Source: Lepidodermella squamata (lineage: Eukaryota > Animalia > Gastrotricha). Taken from it: a stretch of 64,000 nucleotides of DNA. Each line of letters opens with the position of its first letter. The stretch's first letter is position 1. The notes under the pieces were generated by a model. The model saw only the letters and a program-made list of their open reading frames with translations, had not been told where the DNA came from and made no database searches. Shown here one piece after another: positions 61,883-64,000 of the stretch. A program made the translations under genes and the position numbers. The stretch covers positions 124,001-188,000 of the forward strand of contig JBLDXI010000024.1 in assembly GCA_047495785.1 (NCBI GenBank), written 5' to 3'.

Positions 61883-63548
61883 TCATTTGCGTTTGCTGAA
61901 AATCTTCAAGGTGGTATCTGCAGATGCGCTCAGCAAATAATCGTCCACCGTCCAGCAAACATCCATGATTTTGTCGTCGTGACCACTCATGTCGAACAAC
62001 GGCACTTTCGGGCTGGAAAATTTAGTTTCAAGGTGGATTAATTCTGAAATATTCAAGGTTACCTTCGAGTATCCCACAACTTCATGACATTGTCGTATGA
62101 GCCAGAAATGAATAAGTGCTCGGCTGATTTGGACCAATCAACAGAAGAAACCCAGGTAGAATGTGAAGTGAAAGTGGATTTCACTACCAGTCCCTCTAGA
62201 ATGACGAAAAATTAGCAAAAAATTATTTGGTAAATATTCGAAAAATATACCATCTGATCGAGGGTCGTATAGTCGGATGTGGCGATCAGTTGAGGTAGTC
62301 AAAAGGCACTGGTTCATAGGAGAATATGACACGGACATGAAAGCCCTTACTCCTGGCTGAAAATGGAAAAAAATTAAATTAATATTAAGGAGGAATTTTT
62401 AAAACAAACAATTTTTCGATTTTCGCGACCAGCCTCCAGATCCCAGAAGACGAGAGCATGATCGAACCCAACAGTGACCAATTCCGAGTCATTCATCCAA
62501 GCCAGATCTGAGATACCCTCGTTGTGTCCAGATAGGGTGACCAGAGGTACAACTCGCTTCACCGCTGAATCGTTGCTATCATCTTCCTTCGTTTTACGCA
62601 TCTTTCTCTTGTGACCCTTCGACTTCTTCGCCCCTCCGTTATCGTCACTGATCGCCAATTCTTCGTCATCGGCGTTGTCTTTATTTTCGCTCACATTCGA
62701 GTCATTTCCAGATGATGGGTTTAGGTTCAAATCCCAGATTTTGAGCATAGTATCCCAACTTCCTGAGGCGAATCGCTGTAGATTTGGGCTAACTGCCACG
62801 CAATCGACACTGCCAGCATGACCCCGTCCGAGAACTGCGGGATGCAGCTGCCAGTCATCGTCCCGAGACGACGCCGGAATGGCCCGGGTCATCATCACGG
62901 TCTGATCGTGAGCACCACTGACCGCCAATATTTCGTTATCCACTTGAACTAACGCAACGGATTTCACGGGAGCAGTATGGCACTGGACTGAGGCAACCAT
63001 ACCGTCGTTCATGCTCCACAAATTGATTGAACCATCATAACAACCCGTAAGCATTCTGTCAAGACAAGGATCGATAATTTCTAGGCACAACTTATGATAT
63101 TTCGACTTACATTGTATCCTTATCCAGCTTAATAGAAGCAACGGATGAAACCCAATCAGGGTGAGGGCATGAGATACATGGTTCAGGAGCAGATTCTTTA
63201 GTGAAATATTCCAACTCAAGAACTGATTCCTGTAATAGAAAAATGTATTCAGAATCTTTGAATAATTAGTCCTATATTCACCTGTGGCAACTTTTTAGCC
63301 TCGATGAGCTTTTCCAGCGTAGATTTCAACACGTCTTCTCCGCATCGAAAATCAAATGAAACAGCCTCTTCCGCAGCGTCTTCATCCGCTTCTTTCAGGA
63401 CTGTGTTGATCAATTCAGACAAATCCTCCGCGGTTGAGGTCACGCTGAGAGAGTAAACAGTGGACGGAATGGCAAACTCCGCTTGCCGTGTGGTAAAACG
63501 AACTTGCACCGATTGCTCATCGACATCGTCACTCAATTTTTCACCCAT
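61883..63548 (-). CDS. WDR12: Ribosome biogenesis protein WDR12/Ytm1 (NLE/UBL + WD40), multi-exon
   Basis: VQVRFTT..., SFDF..GEDVLKSTL, LTGCYDG, GRGHAGSVDCV, SGSWDTMLKIW, PLVTLSGHNEGIS, DRHIRLYDPR, PLFDMSGHDDKI. Confidence 0.93.
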
Positions 63549-63604
63549 TGTTGCAAAAAATAAAACACCTATGCAGTGACAAATTGAATTAAAGTGAAGT
63601 CGAG

Positions 63605-64000
63605 TTATTTCCAAGTTATGCTGCATATCGAGCAACGGACGCCTTCTAAAATTTCCAACTCATTTTCAACAACAAAACGATGTGGATCATTCGGATGGGT
63701 TGTCTTCAAATATTCCGAGAATTCCAATACGGATCCTCCAGTGCCGAAATAGTAATACTTGGCGGCTAAATAAGCCACGCCGTTTGGTTTGAGGCATCTA
63801 GCCAAAAGTGACTTCAGCTTGAAATAAGAGCTCGGGACGTAGATTGTTTCACTCATGATTATGACGTCATATTTTTCAGAAACGAATCCATCTGATTCAG
63901 TCAACTTTCCCCAGTCGCCATAGAAAAATTTCGATTTCCGAAGCAATGCCTCGCCATTCACGGCCACGTTAGGTATCGTCCAGCTTTCAATGACCTCCTT
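63605..64000 (-). CDS. METTL18: Histidine protein methyltransferase METTL18/Hpm1, 3' part (runs off the window)
   Basis: TIPNV, FFYGDW, KYDVIIMSETIY, YLAAKYYYFGTGGSV are characteristic of METTL18. Confidence 0.85.
   Translation of the reverse strand, partial: KEVIESWTIPNVAVNGEALLRKSKFFYGDWGKLTESDGFVSEKYDVIIMSETIYVPSSYFKLKSLLARCLKPNGVAYLAAKYYYFGTGGSVLEFSEYLKTTHPNDPHRFVVENELEILEGVRCSICSITWK

Noticed and set aside
63549-63635. Open frame running from inside the METTL18 3' end into WDR12, suggesting a fusion protein
   Set aside because: Different frame from METTL18, and no convincing phase-compatible donor or slippery site was found

Overview
Eukaryotic (metazoan, probably invertebrate) genomic DNA from a compact, gene-dense genome with mostly ~50-60 nt spliceosomal introns. 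It is not prokaryotic, and I found no CRISPR array or rRNA. Manual splicing supports about 17 protein-coding genes: a PH-RhoGAP (ARHGAP9/12/15/27 family), two tandem CD225/dispanin genes, GNPNAT1, a Yurt/EPB41L5-like FERM gene, a Bcl-2-family gene, kinesin-1 heavy chain, a PLAC8-family gene (no ORF in the track captures it), a collagen-C1q gene, a divergent Rab-like GTPase, an unknown 2-TM protein, an F-box/ankyrin gene, a CDK5 activator (p35), three tandem class A GPCRs, WDR12 and the 3' part of METTL18. A repeat-rich block at ~35-41 kb contains a 3.75 kb non-autonomous Tc1/mariner-type element (perfect 29-bp TIRs, TA duplication) and a LINE RT remnant. Most notable: (i) candidate eukaryotic operons with SL trans-splicing (METTL18-WDR12 only 56 nt apart, plus other co-directional runs with unpaired acceptors); (ii) a Bcl-2 protein with BH1 NWGR changed to KWAR; (iii) alternative PDZ-ligand C-termini and a GC-AG intron in the Yurt gene; (iv) an N-terminal F-box plus ankyrin architecture; (v) a GPCR triplet with giant ECL2 loops and altered micro-switches; (vi) a non-prenylated Rab-like putative pseudo-GTPase. 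Family calls come from motif recognition only; no database searches were run.
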